Under the pieces are notes generated by a model. That model did not search any database, was not told the origin of the DNA, and saw only the letters and a list, made by a program, of their open reading frames with translations. A stretch of DNA of 32,000 bases. Origin: Aeropyrum pernix K1. Its GTDB lineage: Archaea; Thermoproteota; Thermoprotei_A; Sulfolobales; Acidilobaceae. The first letter of the stretch is position 1. Each line of letters opens with the position of its first letter. The translations under genes were made by a program, and so were the position numbers. Positions 1-9,442 of this stretch are shown here, in pieces. Where the stretch lies: assembly GCF_000011125.1 (NCBI RefSeq), contig NC_000854.2, positions 390,001 through 422,000 of the forward strand, given 5' to 3'.

Positions 1-673
1 TCTTGTATCCCAGGCTCCAGAAGGCCAGCCTGGCCAGCGGGGCGGGCCGCCTGGCGAGGGCTTGGGGGAGGAGGCTGGCGGCGGGCTCCCTGTCGCCCGA
101 GAGGGCCACGTGCTTAACAAGCTCGGCGAAGCCGTCCCTATAGCCCTCATCCGGCTGCCCAGCCACTATGCCAGGCTCCACCAGGACCATCCTGGGATTG
201 TGGAACGTGCCCACCATGTTCTTCCCCCTCAGGTTGACCCCGGTCTTGCCCCCGGCGGCCGCGTCGAAGGCTGCGAGTGTCGTGGAGGGTATGTTAACCG
301 TGGATAGGCCTCTCATGAGTGTTGACGCGGCGAAGCCTGCGGCGTCCAGGAGGGCGCCCCCGCCTATTATGTAGACGGTTGTCGACCTCTCCACCCCGGC
401 CTGGAGCATGAGGTCCCAGAGCCTCGTAACCCAGTCTAGACTCTTCACCCGCTCTCCGCCCCCCGCCACGGCGCCCAGGACCTCTACCCCCCGGGCCTCC
501 AGTATCCTGGCCAGCCTTGCTGCCTCGGCGGAGAGGGCCTCCTCATGCACTATATAGGCTGTCCCCCCGGCGGCGCGGGGGGCCTCGGAGAGGGCGCCCA
601 CACCCGCGGCCACCACCGTCTCCTCATCAACCGAGAGCCTGAACACCCTCCTCTCTACAGCAGCCTGTGCCAC
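1..673 (-). CDS. aroB: 3-dehydroquinate synthase, N-terminal ~224 codons; gene continues past the left edge
   Basis: My own minus-strand translation from GTG at 673 reads [18 protein letters not shown]...[69 protein letters not shown]. This carries the GGG..D..GF.A and GGKTGVN / GKN..G.F..P motifs of DHQ synthase. It is absent from the ORF track because the frame runs off the edge. It overlaps the DAHP synthase stop by 19 nt. The exact start is uncertain. Confidence 0.8.
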   Translation of the reverse strand, partial: MAQAAVERRVFRLSVDEETVVAAGVGALSEAPRAAGGTAYIVHEEALSAEAARLARILEARGVEVLGAVAGGGERVKSLDWVTRLWDLMLQAGVERSTTVYIIGGGALLDAAGFAASTLMRGLSTVNIPSTTLAAFDAAAGGKTGVNLRGKNMVGTFHNPRMVLVEPGIVAGQPDEGYRDGFAELVKHVALSGDREPAASLLPQALARRPAPLARLAFWSLGYK

Positions 674-1485
674 CTAAGCTCACCCATCAGCCTGGCGAAC
701 TCCCCGGGCGTCAACTGCTGTTTGGCGTCGCTCAGAGCCTCCTCAGGGTTGGGGTGGACCTCCACTATCAGCCCGTCCGCCCCTGCTGCCAGCCCGGCCT
801 TGGCTAGTGCGGGTACGAGGCTCCTCCTGCCCGCAGGGTGGCTCGGGTCCACTATGACAGGCAGGTGTGTCGCCTCCTTCAGAACCGCCACAGCGGCGAC
901 GTCTAGGGTGAACCTGGTGGAGGGCTCGAAAGTCCTTATACCCCGCTCCACCAGCACGACCTGCCAGTTGCCCTCGAGGAGTATGTACTCCGCCGCGGCC
1001 AGCAGCTCCTCAACAGTGTTGCCGAAACCCCTCTTGAGGAGGACAGGCTTGCCGGACCTGCCCACCTCCCTCAGCAGGGGGAAGTTCTGCATATTCCTAG
1101 CCCCTATCTGCAGCATGTCGGCATAGCGGGACACAGTCTCCACGTGCCGGGGGTCGAGGACCTCAGTCACAACCGGGAGCCCAGCCTCGTCTCCAGCCCT
1201 CCTCAGAAGCTTGAGCCCCTCCAAACCCAGGCCCTGGAAGCTGTACGGGCTCGTCCTAGGCTTGAAGGCTCCGCCCCTCAGCATGTGGGCGCCGGCCTCC
1301 TTCACGGCCAGCGCCGCCTCCCTCACCTGCTCCCACGACTCGACGCTACACGGCCCCGCTATCACAGCCTTGCTCCCACCACCTATCCTTACACCCTCCA
1401 CCTCAACAACGGTCTCCCTGCGCTCCTCACTCTTGAGGGCTAGCTTTACACCCTTGAAACCGGCCACTGGGAGCCACCTCCACAC
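655..1485 (-). CDS. 3-deoxy-7-phosphoheptulonate (DAHP) synthase, class I-beta (KDO8P-synthase-like TIM barrel)
   Basis: 276-aa ORF containing [39 protein letters not shown] and DPSH motifs, all typical of Pyrococcus/Thermotoga-type DAHP synthases. It sits between the transketolase and aroB genes. Confidence 0.88.
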   Translation of the reverse strand: MWRWLPVAGFKGVKLALKSEERRETVVEVEGVRIGGGSKAVIAGPCSVESWEQVREAALAVKEAGAHMLRGGAFKPRTSPYSFQGLGLEGLKLLRRAGDEAGLPVVTEVLDPRHVETVSRYADMLQIGARNMQNFPLLREVGRSGKPVLLKRGFGNTVEELLAAAEYILLEGNWQVVLVERGIRTFEPSTRFTLDVAAVAVLKEATHLPVIVDPSHPAGRRSLVPALAKAGLAAGADGLIVEVHPNPEEALSDAKQQLTPGEFARLMGELRWHRLL

Positions 1486-1486
1486 C

Positions 1487-2455
1487 CTAGAGGGCGGCCG
1501 CGAGCCTTCTAACCCTCGCAGCCACGCTCTCCGGGTCGAGACGCAGGTGTCTGAGGAGCGACATGTAGTCTCTGGAGGAGGAGCCGTAGACGCCTGGGGG
1601 CACCCCTATCCTGGCCTGCCGGGCGCAGGCCCCCTCCTCGGCTAGAATGGATGAGACCACATCCCCAAGCCCGCCCACCGTTCTATGCTCCTCAACAGTC
1701 ACGAGCAGCCTAGACCTCTCGGCAGCCTCGAGCACCAGCCTCCTGGGCGCGGGTTTTATGCTGTAGACGTCCACAACGCCGACCCTGAGCCCCTCAGACC
1801 TCAGCAGGGCGGCCGCAGCCAGGGAGACCCCCACCATAGGCCCTGTAGCCAGCAGTGTGACCGCCTCCCCGGGCTCCACGAGGACCTCGCCCCCTCCGGG
1901 CCTGAAGGTGAACTCCTCCTCGCTGTAGACCCTGAAGGCGTTGTCCCTCCCCAGCCTGACGTAGGCCGGCCCCCTATACCTCCTCACAAGCCACTCTACA
2001 GTCTCGACTGTGGCCACGTCGTCGGCGGGTGAGAAGACGGCGGTGCGCGCGAGGCTCCGCATGAGGGCTAGGTCCTCGAGTACCTGGTGGCTCGACCCGT
2101 CTACGTGGGGGGATAGGCCTGTGTGGGTGGCCACTATCTTAACGTTGAGCCCGTCCCTGTCCACCGTGTTCCGGATCTGCTCCCAACCCCTCATTAGGAA
2201 GGCGCCGAAACCGGTCACCACGGGCCTGAGGCCTGCTAGGGCTATTCCCGCGGCGGTGCCTATCAGGTCCTGCTCGCTTATACCCATGTTCAGGACCCTC
2301 CTCGGCGCAGACCTATACACCTCAATAGCCCCCGTGCTCCGCAGCGTGTCAGCGTCGAGCACCACCAGGTCCTCCAGCTCGGAGGCGAGCCTCGCCAGGA
2401 GCCTGCCCAGGGCTTTCCTATAGCTCGCCATCTGGAGGGCGGGAGCGCTAGCCAC
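1487..2455 (-). CDS. Transketolase, C-terminal (pyrimidine-binding plus C-terminal domain) subunit
   Basis: 322-aa ORF with [43 protein letters not shown] and YVRLGR motifs of the split archaeal transketolase C subunit. There is a 1-nt gap to the DAHP synthase start. Confidence 0.9.
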   Translation of the reverse strand: MASAPALQMASYRKALGRLLARLASELEDLVVLDADTLRSTGAIEVYRSAPRRVLNMGISEQDLIGTAAGIALAGLRPVVTGFGAFLMRGWEQIRNTVDRDGLNVKIVATHTGLSPHVDGSSHQVLEDLALMRSLARTAVFSPADDVATVETVEWLVRRYRGPAYVRLGRDNAFRVYSEEEFTFRPGGGEVLVEPGEAVTLLATGPMVGVSLAAAALLRSEGLRVGVVDVYSIKPAPRRLVLEAAERSRLLVTVEEHRTVGGLGDVVSSILAEEGACARQARIGVPPGVYGSSSRDYMSLLRHLRLDPESVAARVRRLAAAL

Positions 2456-2494
2456 TGTACAACACCCTCTCCACCGGGCCCCGGGGGGCTCCCT

Positions 2495-3205
2495 TTAGGC
2501 GTCTACAGCCTCAACTATTATGGCGGTGGGCCTGTCCCCCGCCCTGGAGTCTAGGGCCCTCGCTATCTCCTCCACCCTGCCCTCCACCGTAACGGCCTCC
2601 CAGCCGAAGCTCCTCCACCTGTCCTCCAGCGGCTCCTTAGGTTTGATAGCCTCCGTCTCCCCAGTGTGCTGAACCCTGTTCCTATCCACTATGGCCACCA
2701 CCTCCCAGAGCCTCATGGCAGCCGCTGTGGCGGCGGCCTCCCACACCTGCCCCTCATCCAGCTCCCCGTCGCCCAGCACCACGGCTACCTCTACCCTCCT
2801 CCCCTTGAGCCTCGACCCTATCACCAGCCCGTTGGAAACGCTCAACGCCTGGCCCAGGCTGCCGTTGGACACCAGAGTGAGGGGCGTCCTCCCAGCCTCG
2901 GGGTGCGCCTGCAGAGGGGATCCTGGCCGGGCGAACAGCCTCTCCACCGACCCCCTCTCCAGGAGGCCCATCTCCTCCAGGAGGGCGTAGAAGCCCAGGC
3001 TTGCGTGGCCCTTGCTGAGTATCACCCGCCTGTCAACACCCTCCACTCGGCCCCGGGGGAGCCAGTATGCGTATAGCACGGCCAGTATAGGCAGGGCGGT
3101 GGTGCTCGAGTGGAGGTGCCACCCGAGCCCGCGCCCGGCGAGGATATGGAGCCTCCCACGGGCAGCCTCTAGAAGAGAGGAGACCGTAGCGAGGCTAGGA
3201 CTCAT
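2495..3205 (-). CDS. Transketolase, N-terminal (TPP-binding) subunit
   Basis: The homologous part starts at ATG 3205 (MSPSLATVSSLLEAAR...) and carries SKGHASLGFYALL, HPE, GSLGQALS and the GDGELDEGQVWEA TPP motif. The ORF-track version (to 3598) adds 131 low-complexity codons that cross the divergent promoter and overlap the 3438 gene, so I prefer the internal start. Confidence 0.85.
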   Translation of the reverse strand: MSPSLATVSSLLEAARGRLHILAGRGLGWHLHSSTTALPILAVLYAYWLPRGRVEGVDRRVILSKGHASLGFYALLEEMGLLERGSVERLFARPGSPLQAHPEAGRTPLTLVSNGSLGQALSVSNGLVIGSRLKGRRVEVAVVLGDGELDEGQVWEAAATAAAMRLWEVVAIVDRNRVQHTGETEAIKPKEPLEDRWRSFGWEAVTVEGRVEEIARALDSRAGDRPTAIIVEAVDA

Positions 3206-3437
3206 GGGGCCTGGAGAAGCTAGAGGTATTGGCGCTCCATCACCAACCACCACACTAAAGGCCAGACCTAGAACGTAATACTCAGCGGAATTTAAGCTTT
3301 CACACTTACAGAAGGCCCCAAGGCTCCGGGGGAGAGAGGCGATACTTATAAATAAAGGGTTGAGCCGTGGCGGATCACCATAGTCCCGGCCGTCATAGGG
3401 TAAAACGTCAGAATCCGTTATATCACCGGCCCCTAGA

Positions 3438-6176
3438 ATGCTACCATTGTGGACCCGGCGGCTGGGGGCAATGGGCTCCTTAAAGGCCAGGGCAGAGGTT
3501 ATATGTCCCGGCGCATTCCTGCTGTTATGCCTCATGCTATCACTGGGCCTAGCTGGCTCTGCAGCCGGGGCCAGCGACTCGCCAACACCCAGCGGCACAC
3601 TCGACGCCTCACCCCACCTCTGGCTCAGGATGGCGGAGACCCTGGTCGAGAGGCTCTACGACCCCAGCCTCAACCTGTTCAGGGAGACCTGGGGCACCCC
3701 TGAGGGGCAATGCTGGTACTGGAATACTGAGCAGGGCGAGGCGGCTCAGATCGCGGTCTACCTCAACGACTCCACCCTCCTCTCGAGCCTGCTGGCAGCC
3801 TACAGGCAGTACCTTACGTACGACAACGGGGCCAACGTCTACCTGTTCTCCCGGTACACTCCCTGCAGCATGATAAGGCAACTCAGCCTAGACCCCCAGA
3901 ACTTCAGCCTCGGCAATCTGATAGTGAACATTGGAGGGGACCTGGCGGGCACCAGGGCGGATAACCTGGACTACTCTAGAGCTATAGCCCTGGGACTAGA
4001 CATCTATAAGGATCCCACTAACATCTACGAGCAGGATAAGGCGTGGCCCAACATGTGGTACACGGCAAACCTGAAGAGCCACGAGGTCTGGTACCTGGCG
4101 CCGGGGGACACAACAGACTACAAGGGGATATGGGACACCTCGGACGGCAGCCTCGGGACAGGCAGGATAACCGGCTACAGCGTGAGGGTAGAGCATGTGA
4201 CGGATCCGGCCACCAACGCAACGTACAACGTGGGTGTTGCTGAGAGGACTATGGAGGACGCGAACCTAAGCTACACCCAGCGCTTCATACTAGAGCCTAG
4301 GAAGCCCTACGTCAAGGTGGAGCTAACTGTCGCCAACAAGAGCCGATACACACTCAGCGATGTGAGTGTGGCTCTGGCCTTCGACAACCTGGACTGGTGG
4401 CTCTACAGGTATGTCTACATCCCTGGGTTGGGCCTGATAGACGCCTCCACGGCAGGAAGACTTATTAGCGAGGGTGAGAAGGAGTACCATCTCGCAAGGA
4501 CCTGGGAGGGCTTCTGGCAGCCGGTAACGGACTCTAGCGGCAGGGCCTGGTGGCCCAGCATAATCTACGCCGACGGGCCCCTAGGCATGAATAGAGGCCT
4601 GCTGGTGCTGGTACAGGGCGACTACGGTGTGCACTTCTGGGGCTACGGTAACTACCAGGCCCCACGGGAGGACCTCTACGGCGTCCCCGCCTACACGGAC
4701 TGGTACTACAGGTGGCTGAAGTACGAGATAATGATAGGGGAACTAGCCCCAGGCGAGTCCAAGACGGTTGAGGTCCTGATAATCCCTATGTCCAGCTACG
4801 CCCCCGGCCTAGAGGACCTCTATATTGAGATGGCCTCGAGGCTTGACAGGCTTGAGGGCAGGGACTTAAGCTACGCCGTAAACACGGGGACAGGAGCGTT
4901 TAAGGGGCTAGCAGCGGCCTACAGCCTCCTGGGCGCTGATGATCGGCGTTTCGTAGAGAGGGTTATTGATAGCGTTGGCAGTGTCATGGAGGGGTGGGGC
5001 TGGAGGGCCTCAACTAGAATACTCGCCAACTACACGCTAGCCCTGGCCCACCTCCACGGCCACACAGGGAAGGGAGAGTACCTCTCAAGGGCAGAGGCGG
5101 CGGCTCAGAGACTCCTAGAAGCACAGGTGAGAGACCCTGGCGACCCTAGGAACGGGGGGTTCCTAGACGCCGTCCACCCCTTCGGAACCGCCACCCACCT
5201 GGATGTGAACGCCGAGGCCGCCCACGCTCTTCTGGCCATGTGGGAAAGGACGGGGAGCAGGGTTTACAAAGAGGCTGTAGACTACTGGCTCCAGAACTGG
5301 TTCCACAGGGAGCAGGATACGGGGCGCTGGTACTACCACAGGTTCCGGAGCCTCGAAGACGCGGGAGGAGAGAGCCTGGGCAAGAGATACCTCGACGAGG
5401 AGCGGCCGTATGCCCTCGGCTACCTCCTGCAAGCACTCTCCAGGCATTACTGGAGCGACGACAGGCTGCTAGCCTCCGCGAACAGGATCTGGAGCCTTCT
5501 AACCGGTGAGTACTGGGTGGCTACCTGGGAGGGGGCCGGGGAGACTAACGTGGAGACACAGAGCAGCTCGGCGGCGGGCCTGAGAGAGTACCTGCTAGCC
5601 CTGTCGGAGAAGGCCGGAGCCGCCTTAGAATATGTTCGGGACGGTAGCGTGTCTCACCTTGCATTCGACCCACGCAGAGGCTCCCTAGACCCTAAGACGG
5701 GGGCATGGCTTGTTGAAGCCCGGGCCGTTATAGGCGTTACGGGGACCCCAGACTCCACCGCGGCAACGCTCGCGGTCTACATACCCTCGGGCATGGTAGA
5801 CCTCGTGCTCTTGGACGGCTCCCCAGCGTCCAGGGCGTATAGCCTATCTGAGCTGGAGGGGAAACCTGGGTCCTACTACTTCGAAGGTAACATAGTATAT
5901 GTGAGGCTCCAAGGCGCCCAGCGGGTAACCATAGCATACAGGCTAGTCGAACCTAAGCCGCCCCTCCCGGAGGTTTATAAAACCCCCTTGGCGGTGGCGG
6001 CCGCTGGAGCGGCAGCGTTCATAGCGGCCGAGGCCTCAGCACCCCTCCTAGCACTCGCCACAGCATGCCTCATCATAGTGCTCTGGGCAGCAGGCTGGCT
6101 CCCTACGTACGTCGCCATCGCTATGGTGGCATTATCGGTAGGCCTAGGCCTCATAGCAATAAGGAGAAACAGCTAA
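3438..6176 (+). CDS. Large secreted, C-terminally membrane-anchored protein of unknown function; possibly an alpha/alpha-toroid glycan-processing or glycan-binding fold
   Basis: 912-aa ORF. It has an N-terminal signal-like segment (GAFLLLCLMLSLGLAGSAAGA; an alternative ATG lies at 3471) and many N-x-S/T sequons. Helical-hairpin segments rich in W/Y (RDPGDPRNGGFLDAVHPFG...AEAAHALLAMWERTG..YKEAVDYWLQNWF) are reminiscent of six-hairpin (alpha/alpha)6 proteins. The C-terminus has two hydrophobic spans ending in RRNS. Confidence 0.8.
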   Translation: MLPLWTRRLGAMGSLKARAEVICPGAFLLLCLMLSLGLAGSAAGASDSPTPSGTLDASPHLWLRMAETLVERLYDPSLNLFRETWGTPEGQCWYWNTEQGEAAQIAVYLNDSTLLSSLLAAYRQYLTYDNGANVYLFSRYTPCSMIRQLSLDPQNFSLGNLIVNIGGDLAGTRADNLDYSRAIALGLDIYKDPTNIYEQDKAWPNMWYTANLKSHEVWYLAPGDTTDYKGIWDTSDGSLGTGRITGYSVRVEHVTDPATNATYNVGVAERTMEDANLSYTQRFILEPRKPYVKVELTVANKSRYTLSDVSVALAFDNLDWWLYRYVYIPGLGLIDASTAGRLISEGEKEYHLARTWEGFWQPVTDSSGRAWWPSIIYADGPLGMNRGLLVLVQGDYGVHFWGYGNYQAPREDLYGVPAYTDWYYRWLKYEIMIGELAPGESKTVEVLIIPMSSYAPGLEDLYIEMASRLDRLEGRDLSYAVNTGTGAFKGLAAAYSLLGADDRRFVERVIDSVGSVMEGWGWRASTRILANYTLALAHLHGHTGKGEYLSRAEAAAQRLLEAQVRDPGDPRNGGFLDAVHPFGTATHLDVNAEAAHALLAMWERTGSRVYKEAVDYWLQNWFHREQDTGRWYYHRFRSLEDAGGESLGKRYLDEERPYALGYLLQALSRHYWSDDRLLASANRIWSLLTGEYWVATWEGAGETNVETQSSSAAGLREYLLALSEKAGAALEYVRDGSVSHLAFDPRRGSLDPKTGAWLVEARAVIGVTGTPDSTAATLAVYIPSGMVDLVLLDGSPASRAYSLSELEGKPGSYYFEGNIVYVRLQGAQRVTIAYRLVEPKPPLPEVYKTPLAVAAAGAAAFIAAEASAPLLALATACLIIVLWAAGWLPTYVAIAMVALSVGLGLIAIRRNS

Positions 6177-6675
6177 GCCGACCAAGCTCCAGCGTTCATT
6201 GTTACAACATCATAGGCGGCTTGCGCGGTAAAACAGCTACTCGACTCCAGAGTAGACCTCGAACCACACCCTCCAGACTCCTTGAGACCGGTCTGTCACG
6301 CCTCCCACGGGAGAAAGAGCTGATGGGCGAAGATTGGGAACTTCAGCCCCCAATGACGACCATGGCATCCTCAAACCCGCGCCTATAGCCCAGAGCGTAG
6401 CCAGCAGCTAGCCCGGCGAGAAGCAGGAGAAGCCCATATAACGTGAACCTCCACCCACATCTGCTGGAAAGTAGCCTCCATAAAACACTCCTCACCGGCG
6501 TCTCACCCAAGCCTAACGCCTGTCTCGCCAGATCTCATCCACGGCTTTACAGGCCGTCCAATATGTCTTCGCGGACTCCCATTCCGGCTAGATCCAAGGT
6601 GGTAGTAGAGCGGATGGAGGGACTGAAATCCTTCCGGCCTGATAGCATTGGTAGAATTTTCCTTTAGTAGGCTGT

Positions 6676-7515
6676 TCACTTCTTCCCAGTCCTCCAGAGG
6701 CTCTTGTAGTCTGGCGGCCTCTTCGTGTCTTTGAAGCTCTTGGCGGCCTGTAGGGCGGTTGTGTCTTTGGAGAGCCTCTTCAGCTCCGCCACCCCCAGCT
6801 GGGTGTGCCACCCCCTCTTGCCAGCCCTAAGCATGCTGACTATCGACTCTACGGCCGCAGGCGGGGAGGCCATGATCTTCTCCGCCACACGATTGACGGC
6901 GTCCTCTAGCTGGCCCGGCTCGTCGACGAGGAGGGAGACTAGGCCCATCCTGTACGCCTCCTCCGCCGTTATGGGCTCGGCAGTCAGCGCCAGGTAGGCG
7001 GCCCTGGCGGGGCCAAGAACAAAGGGGCCTAGGGTCGGCAGGAACGGCGGCGCCAGGTTCCAGAGGGACTCGGGCCAGGATATCCTGGCCGACCTAACGG
7101 CAACAACTATGTCCCCCGCCCACAGCAGCTCTGCGCCGCCTCCTATGGCGTGGCCGTTTACAGCCATGATCACCGGCTTCCTCAACCCCAGTATCCTCTC
7201 CACAACCATGGCCAGCGTGGAGAAGAGCCTCTCAGCCTCCTCCGGGCTACCGGCCTCCGCCAGCTCCCCCAGGTCGATACCCGCTGAGAAGGCTTTACCC
7301 TCGCCAGTTATAGCCACAAACCTGACACCCTCATCCCCCTCAAGCTCGTCCAGGGCAGCTAGGACCTCGCGCATCATGGACGTGTTGAAGGCGTTAAGCC
7401 TCTCGGGCCTGCTGAAAACCAGCCAGCCCAGGGGTGGATCCACCCTGGTTTTAACCAAACTATAGTTTCCCGCCAAGACGCGTATCACCCGCTTCAACAA
7501 CCCACATAACACCAT
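6676..7515 (-). CDS. Enoyl-CoA hydratase/isomerase (crotonase) family protein
   Basis: 279-aa ORF with SRPERLNAFN, ITGEGKAFSAGIDL and AVNGHAIGGGAELLWAGD, the oxyanion-hole motifs of the crotonase fold. The start may lie a few codons downstream of ATG 7515. Confidence 0.88.
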   Translation of the reverse strand: MVLCGLLKRVIRVLAGNYSLVKTRVDPPLGWLVFSRPERLNAFNTSMMREVLAALDELEGDEGVRFVAITGEGKAFSAGIDLGELAEAGSPEEAERLFSTLAMVVERILGLRKPVIMAVNGHAIGGGAELLWAGDIVVAVRSARISWPESLWNLAPPFLPTLGPFVLGPARAAYLALTAEPITAEEAYRMGLVSLLVDEPGQLEDAVNRVAEKIMASPPAAVESIVSMLRAGKRGWHTQLGVAELKRLSKDTTALQAAKSFKDTKRPPDYKSLWRTGKK

Positions 7516-7736
7516 GGATGTGAATAGGTCTTTTTAACGAGTAGCATGTAACAAGGTCTAGCCCGTGTCTAACCGGAGGTAAAAACGTAAGGGTTATTGT
7601 TGGTAAGACAGGTGTGGTGATGCAGGTTATGCGTTAGAGGGAGGCAGGTCCAGCACCCCCCAGTTCTAGCTGCGGGTTTCCCGGCTACGGGAGCGGGCTG
7701 AAAGGATCTAACGTGAAAGCGGGGGGTTGCGTGGTT

Positions 7737-8294
7737 CTACGGTTCGTCCTCGGTTGTCCAGGGGTTAGACCACCTCTCCTCCCAGCCTCCAGGCATCCCC
7801 CTGTGGGGCATGTCGGAGTCTCCCATGGGCGGCATAGGCATGCAGTCAATCCTCTCCAGCTTTACACCGTTGACGTTTACCTCCCTAGCTATTATGAGGG
7901 GGCCCATACTGGTCTTCATGAAAACGCCTTTCACGTAAACCTCTCTCCCCTCGAGGAGGTAGGCTAGCTGGTGGCCCATTAGAATCTCGCCGTTGCTGGC
8001 CCGCCAGCAGCCGGGCAGGGCTAGCATTACCGTCCTGCCATCCACCTCAAGGTATACCAGGTGGTGGTGCATCATAGCAGGGTGTCCCACAGGCCTCTCC
8101 ACAACGCCCCTAGCTTCGACGGGCCCCTGCAGCCCCCTCGTAGCCTCCAGCCCCCTCCCTAGGGAGCTTGAGCTGCTGTACACGGGCAGGTCGGCGAGCG
8201 GCCTGGCCTCAGCCGGGTAGAGGTAGTAGGCTATGGCTGGGGCTAGGAGGGCTAGTACTGTTGCTATAATAGCGAACCTTATTACACTAGCCAA
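7737..8294 (-). CDS. Membrane-anchored extracytoplasmic protein: OB-fold-like beta domain plus Met/Pro/His-rich tail
   Basis: 185-aa ORF with a TTG start and an N-terminal TM or signal anchor (FAIIATVLALLAPAIAYYL). The central segment GVVERPVGHPAMMHHHLVYLEVDGRTVMLALPGCW...GREVYVKGVF...IIAREVNVNG is paralogous to the C-terminal half of the 10709..11341 product. The tail is CMPMPPMGDSDMPHRGMPGGW. Confidence 0.75.
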   Translation of the reverse strand: MASVIRFAIIATVLALLAPAIAYYLYPAEARPLADLPVYSSSSSLGRGLEATRGLQGPVEARGVVERPVGHPAMMHHHLVYLEVDGRTVMLALPGCWRASNGEILMGHQLAYLLEGREVYVKGVFMKTSMGPLIIAREVNVNGVKLERIDCMPMPPMGDSDMPHRGMPGGWEERWSNPWTTEDEP

Positions 8295-8301
8295 GGCCCG
8301 A

Positions 8302-8311
8302 GATCACCTCC
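8302..8311 (-). promoter_or_regulatory. Shine-Dalgarno GGAGGTGATC for the 7737..8294 gene
   Basis: The minus strand reads GGAGGTGATC, then 7 nt, then the TTG start at 8294. This is a perfect complement of the conserved 16S rRNA 3' end GAUCACCUCC. Confidence 0.6.
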
Positions 8312-8531
8312 CCGCTATACATTGGTGATAGAGGTGGTCGGTCCCTCCTGCCACTAGTCTTTAGCAATGTCACCGCCGACCCGCTAGGCTCCATAGGCCG
8401 CCCAACTCTCCATCCATACTGTGCTAGCTCATGTTAACATTATTTCCGCGGGGCTCTATAAACGGGCCTAACGTTTGATGAGTAAACCTTAAGAATGCGT
8501 CTCCACCGGGGATTCCAGGGGAGTATTTATT

Positions 8532-9095
8532 TTGGTAGAAGGTGTTCTGGCCGCTCTCTACAGCGCCTCTGCAGCGCTGTTCACGCTGATAGCTGCGGTG
8601 CTGGCTAGAGCTTACCTCAGGCTGGGCCTTCAGGAGCTTGCCGGGGTTGCGTGGGGCTTCTCGCTGCTGGCAGCCTCCTCGGCTATGGGGGCTGCCGAGA
8701 TGCTTGTGGACTCGCCGAGGGCGGCGGTTAGCCTCTACGTAGGCTCCGCCTCCCTGGCGGCCGCCGGCCTTGCAATAATACTCTTCGCAAACCTGGAGTC
8801 CAGAAGGTCTATTTCCCCAATCCAGTTGGCCGCACCCCTGGTGATGGCCGTCTCCATAGACTCCATAGCCGGGGTCCTAGGACTTCTCGCAGGCTACACC
8901 AGCCGCGGGCTGGCCAGGCTGGGGTTCACCCTAATAGGCGCCTCCCACCTGGGCAGGGTTGTTAGCGTCTATCTCATGCCCGGGAAAGAAGCTGTGGCCC
9001 TCCTCCTGGCCTCCGAGCTTCTTAGATCCCTCGCGGCGTTCATAATGTCCCTCTACTACAGCGGCAGGGTTGTTGGAAGTGGCGAGGAGGAGTAG
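8532..9095 (+). CDS. Polytopic integral membrane protein (about 6 hydrophobic spans), function unknown
   Basis: 187-aa ORF composed almost entirely of A/L/G/S-rich hydrophobic segments and ending in an acidic GSGEEE tail. The TTG start at 8532 is uncertain because the TATA-like TATTTATTT lies directly upstream. Confidence 0.6.
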   Translation: MVEGVLAALYSASAALFTLIAAVLARAYLRLGLQELAGVAWGFSLLAASSAMGAAEMLVDSPRAAVSLYVGSASLAAAGLAIILFANLESRRSISPIQLAAPLVMAVSIDSIAGVLGLLAGYTSRGLARLGFTLIGASHLGRVVSVYLMPGKEAVALLLASELLRSLAAFIMSLYYSGRVVGSGEEE

Positions 9096-9348
9096 GGTAG
9101 AGATAATAATAGATGTGCTGGAGGCCCTCCAGGACGAGGGGCCGATGACGCCCACTAGGCTTGCGACAGTAGCTAACATGCCCTATGACAGGCTGCAGAC
9201 GGTGCTTGAACCCCTGGTGGCGAAAGGGCTTGTGCGTGTTAGGGATATGGGGCGGTCGAAGCAGGTTGAGATAACCAGAGAGGGGGTTAGAGCCCTGCAC
9301 GATCTTAAGCGTGTTAGGAGGCTGCTCAGCGACCTGGGCTTCGCGTAG
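9070..9348 (+). CDS. Small winged-helix DNA-binding protein (putative transcription regulator)
   Basis: 92-aa ORF reading EIIIDVLEAL..EGPMTPTRLATVANMPYDRLQTVLEPLVAKGLVRV......VEITREG, which fits the helix-turn-helix plus beta-wing pattern of archaeal wHTH proteins. It overlaps the upstream membrane-protein gene by 17-26 nt depending on which start is used (TTG 9070/9073 or GTG 9079). Confidence 0.7.
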   Translation: MLEVARRSRVEIIIDVLEALQDEGPMTPTRLATVANMPYDRLQTVLEPLVAKGLVRVRDMGRSKQVEITREGVRALHDLKRVRRLLSDLGFA

Positions 9349-9351
9349 TTT

Positions 9352-9357
9352 CTATAT
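9352..9357 (+). promoter_or_regulatory. TATA-like box (CTATAT within TTTCTATATCC) upstream of the flavoprotein gene
   Basis: An AT-rich hexamer 4 nt after the regulator stop codon and about 90 nt upstream of the 9443/9452 start. Confidence 0.4.
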
Positions 9358-9368
9358 CCTCCAAACTG

Positions 9369-9383
9369 TTTGAAAGTTTCAAA
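9369..9383. promoter_or_regulatory. Perfect 7-1-7 palindrome TTTGAAA-G-TTTCAAA; candidate operator
   Basis: Read directly from the sequence. It lies about 12 nt downstream of the TATA-like box, where a transcription start would be expected. Confidence 0.5.
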
Positions 9384-9442
9384 TACAACCATTCTAACAA
9401 CGCTTCCCAACGATTACACGTTAAACCCGGTGGAGTGCTGGG

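Noticed and set aside
545-2423. Plus-strand ORFs 545..1126, 1144..1443, 1211..1645, 1685..2032 and 2010..2423
   Set aside because: All are antisense shadows of the strongly supported aroB, DAHP synthase and transketolase genes. Long stop-free antisense frames are expected in GC-rich DNA, and the products are Pro/Arg/Ser-rich with no motifs.
3206-3598. 131-codon N-terminal extension of the transketolase N-subunit ORF (track start 3598)
   Set aside because: The extension has no transketolase similarity. It crosses the AT-rich divergent promoter (TTATAAATAAA at about 3345) and overlaps the start of the 3438 gene. The internal ATG 3205 gives a normal-length subunit.
6177-6675. Small ORFs 6065..6388(+), 6443..6667(+), 6503..6811(-), and a possible ~50-aa hydrophobic minus-strand peptide ending at about 6345
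   Set aside because: These ORFs are short, overlap neighbouring genes or lack credible starts, and have biased composition. The hydrophobic peptide has only a weak GTG start and no Shine-Dalgarno or TATA element. The related TTCCGGC[TC][AT]GAT elements at about 6564-6583 and 6620-6643 are too weak to call.
7615-7702. Possible C/D box sRNA on the plus strand (GTGATGC ... CTGA) in the spacer after the 7737 gene
   Set aside because: Box C is imperfect. There are no internal C'/D' boxes and no terminal stem. The ~88-nt length exceeds typical archaeal C/D sRNAs. It is more likely the 3' UTR preceding the minus-strand T5 tract at 7581-7585.
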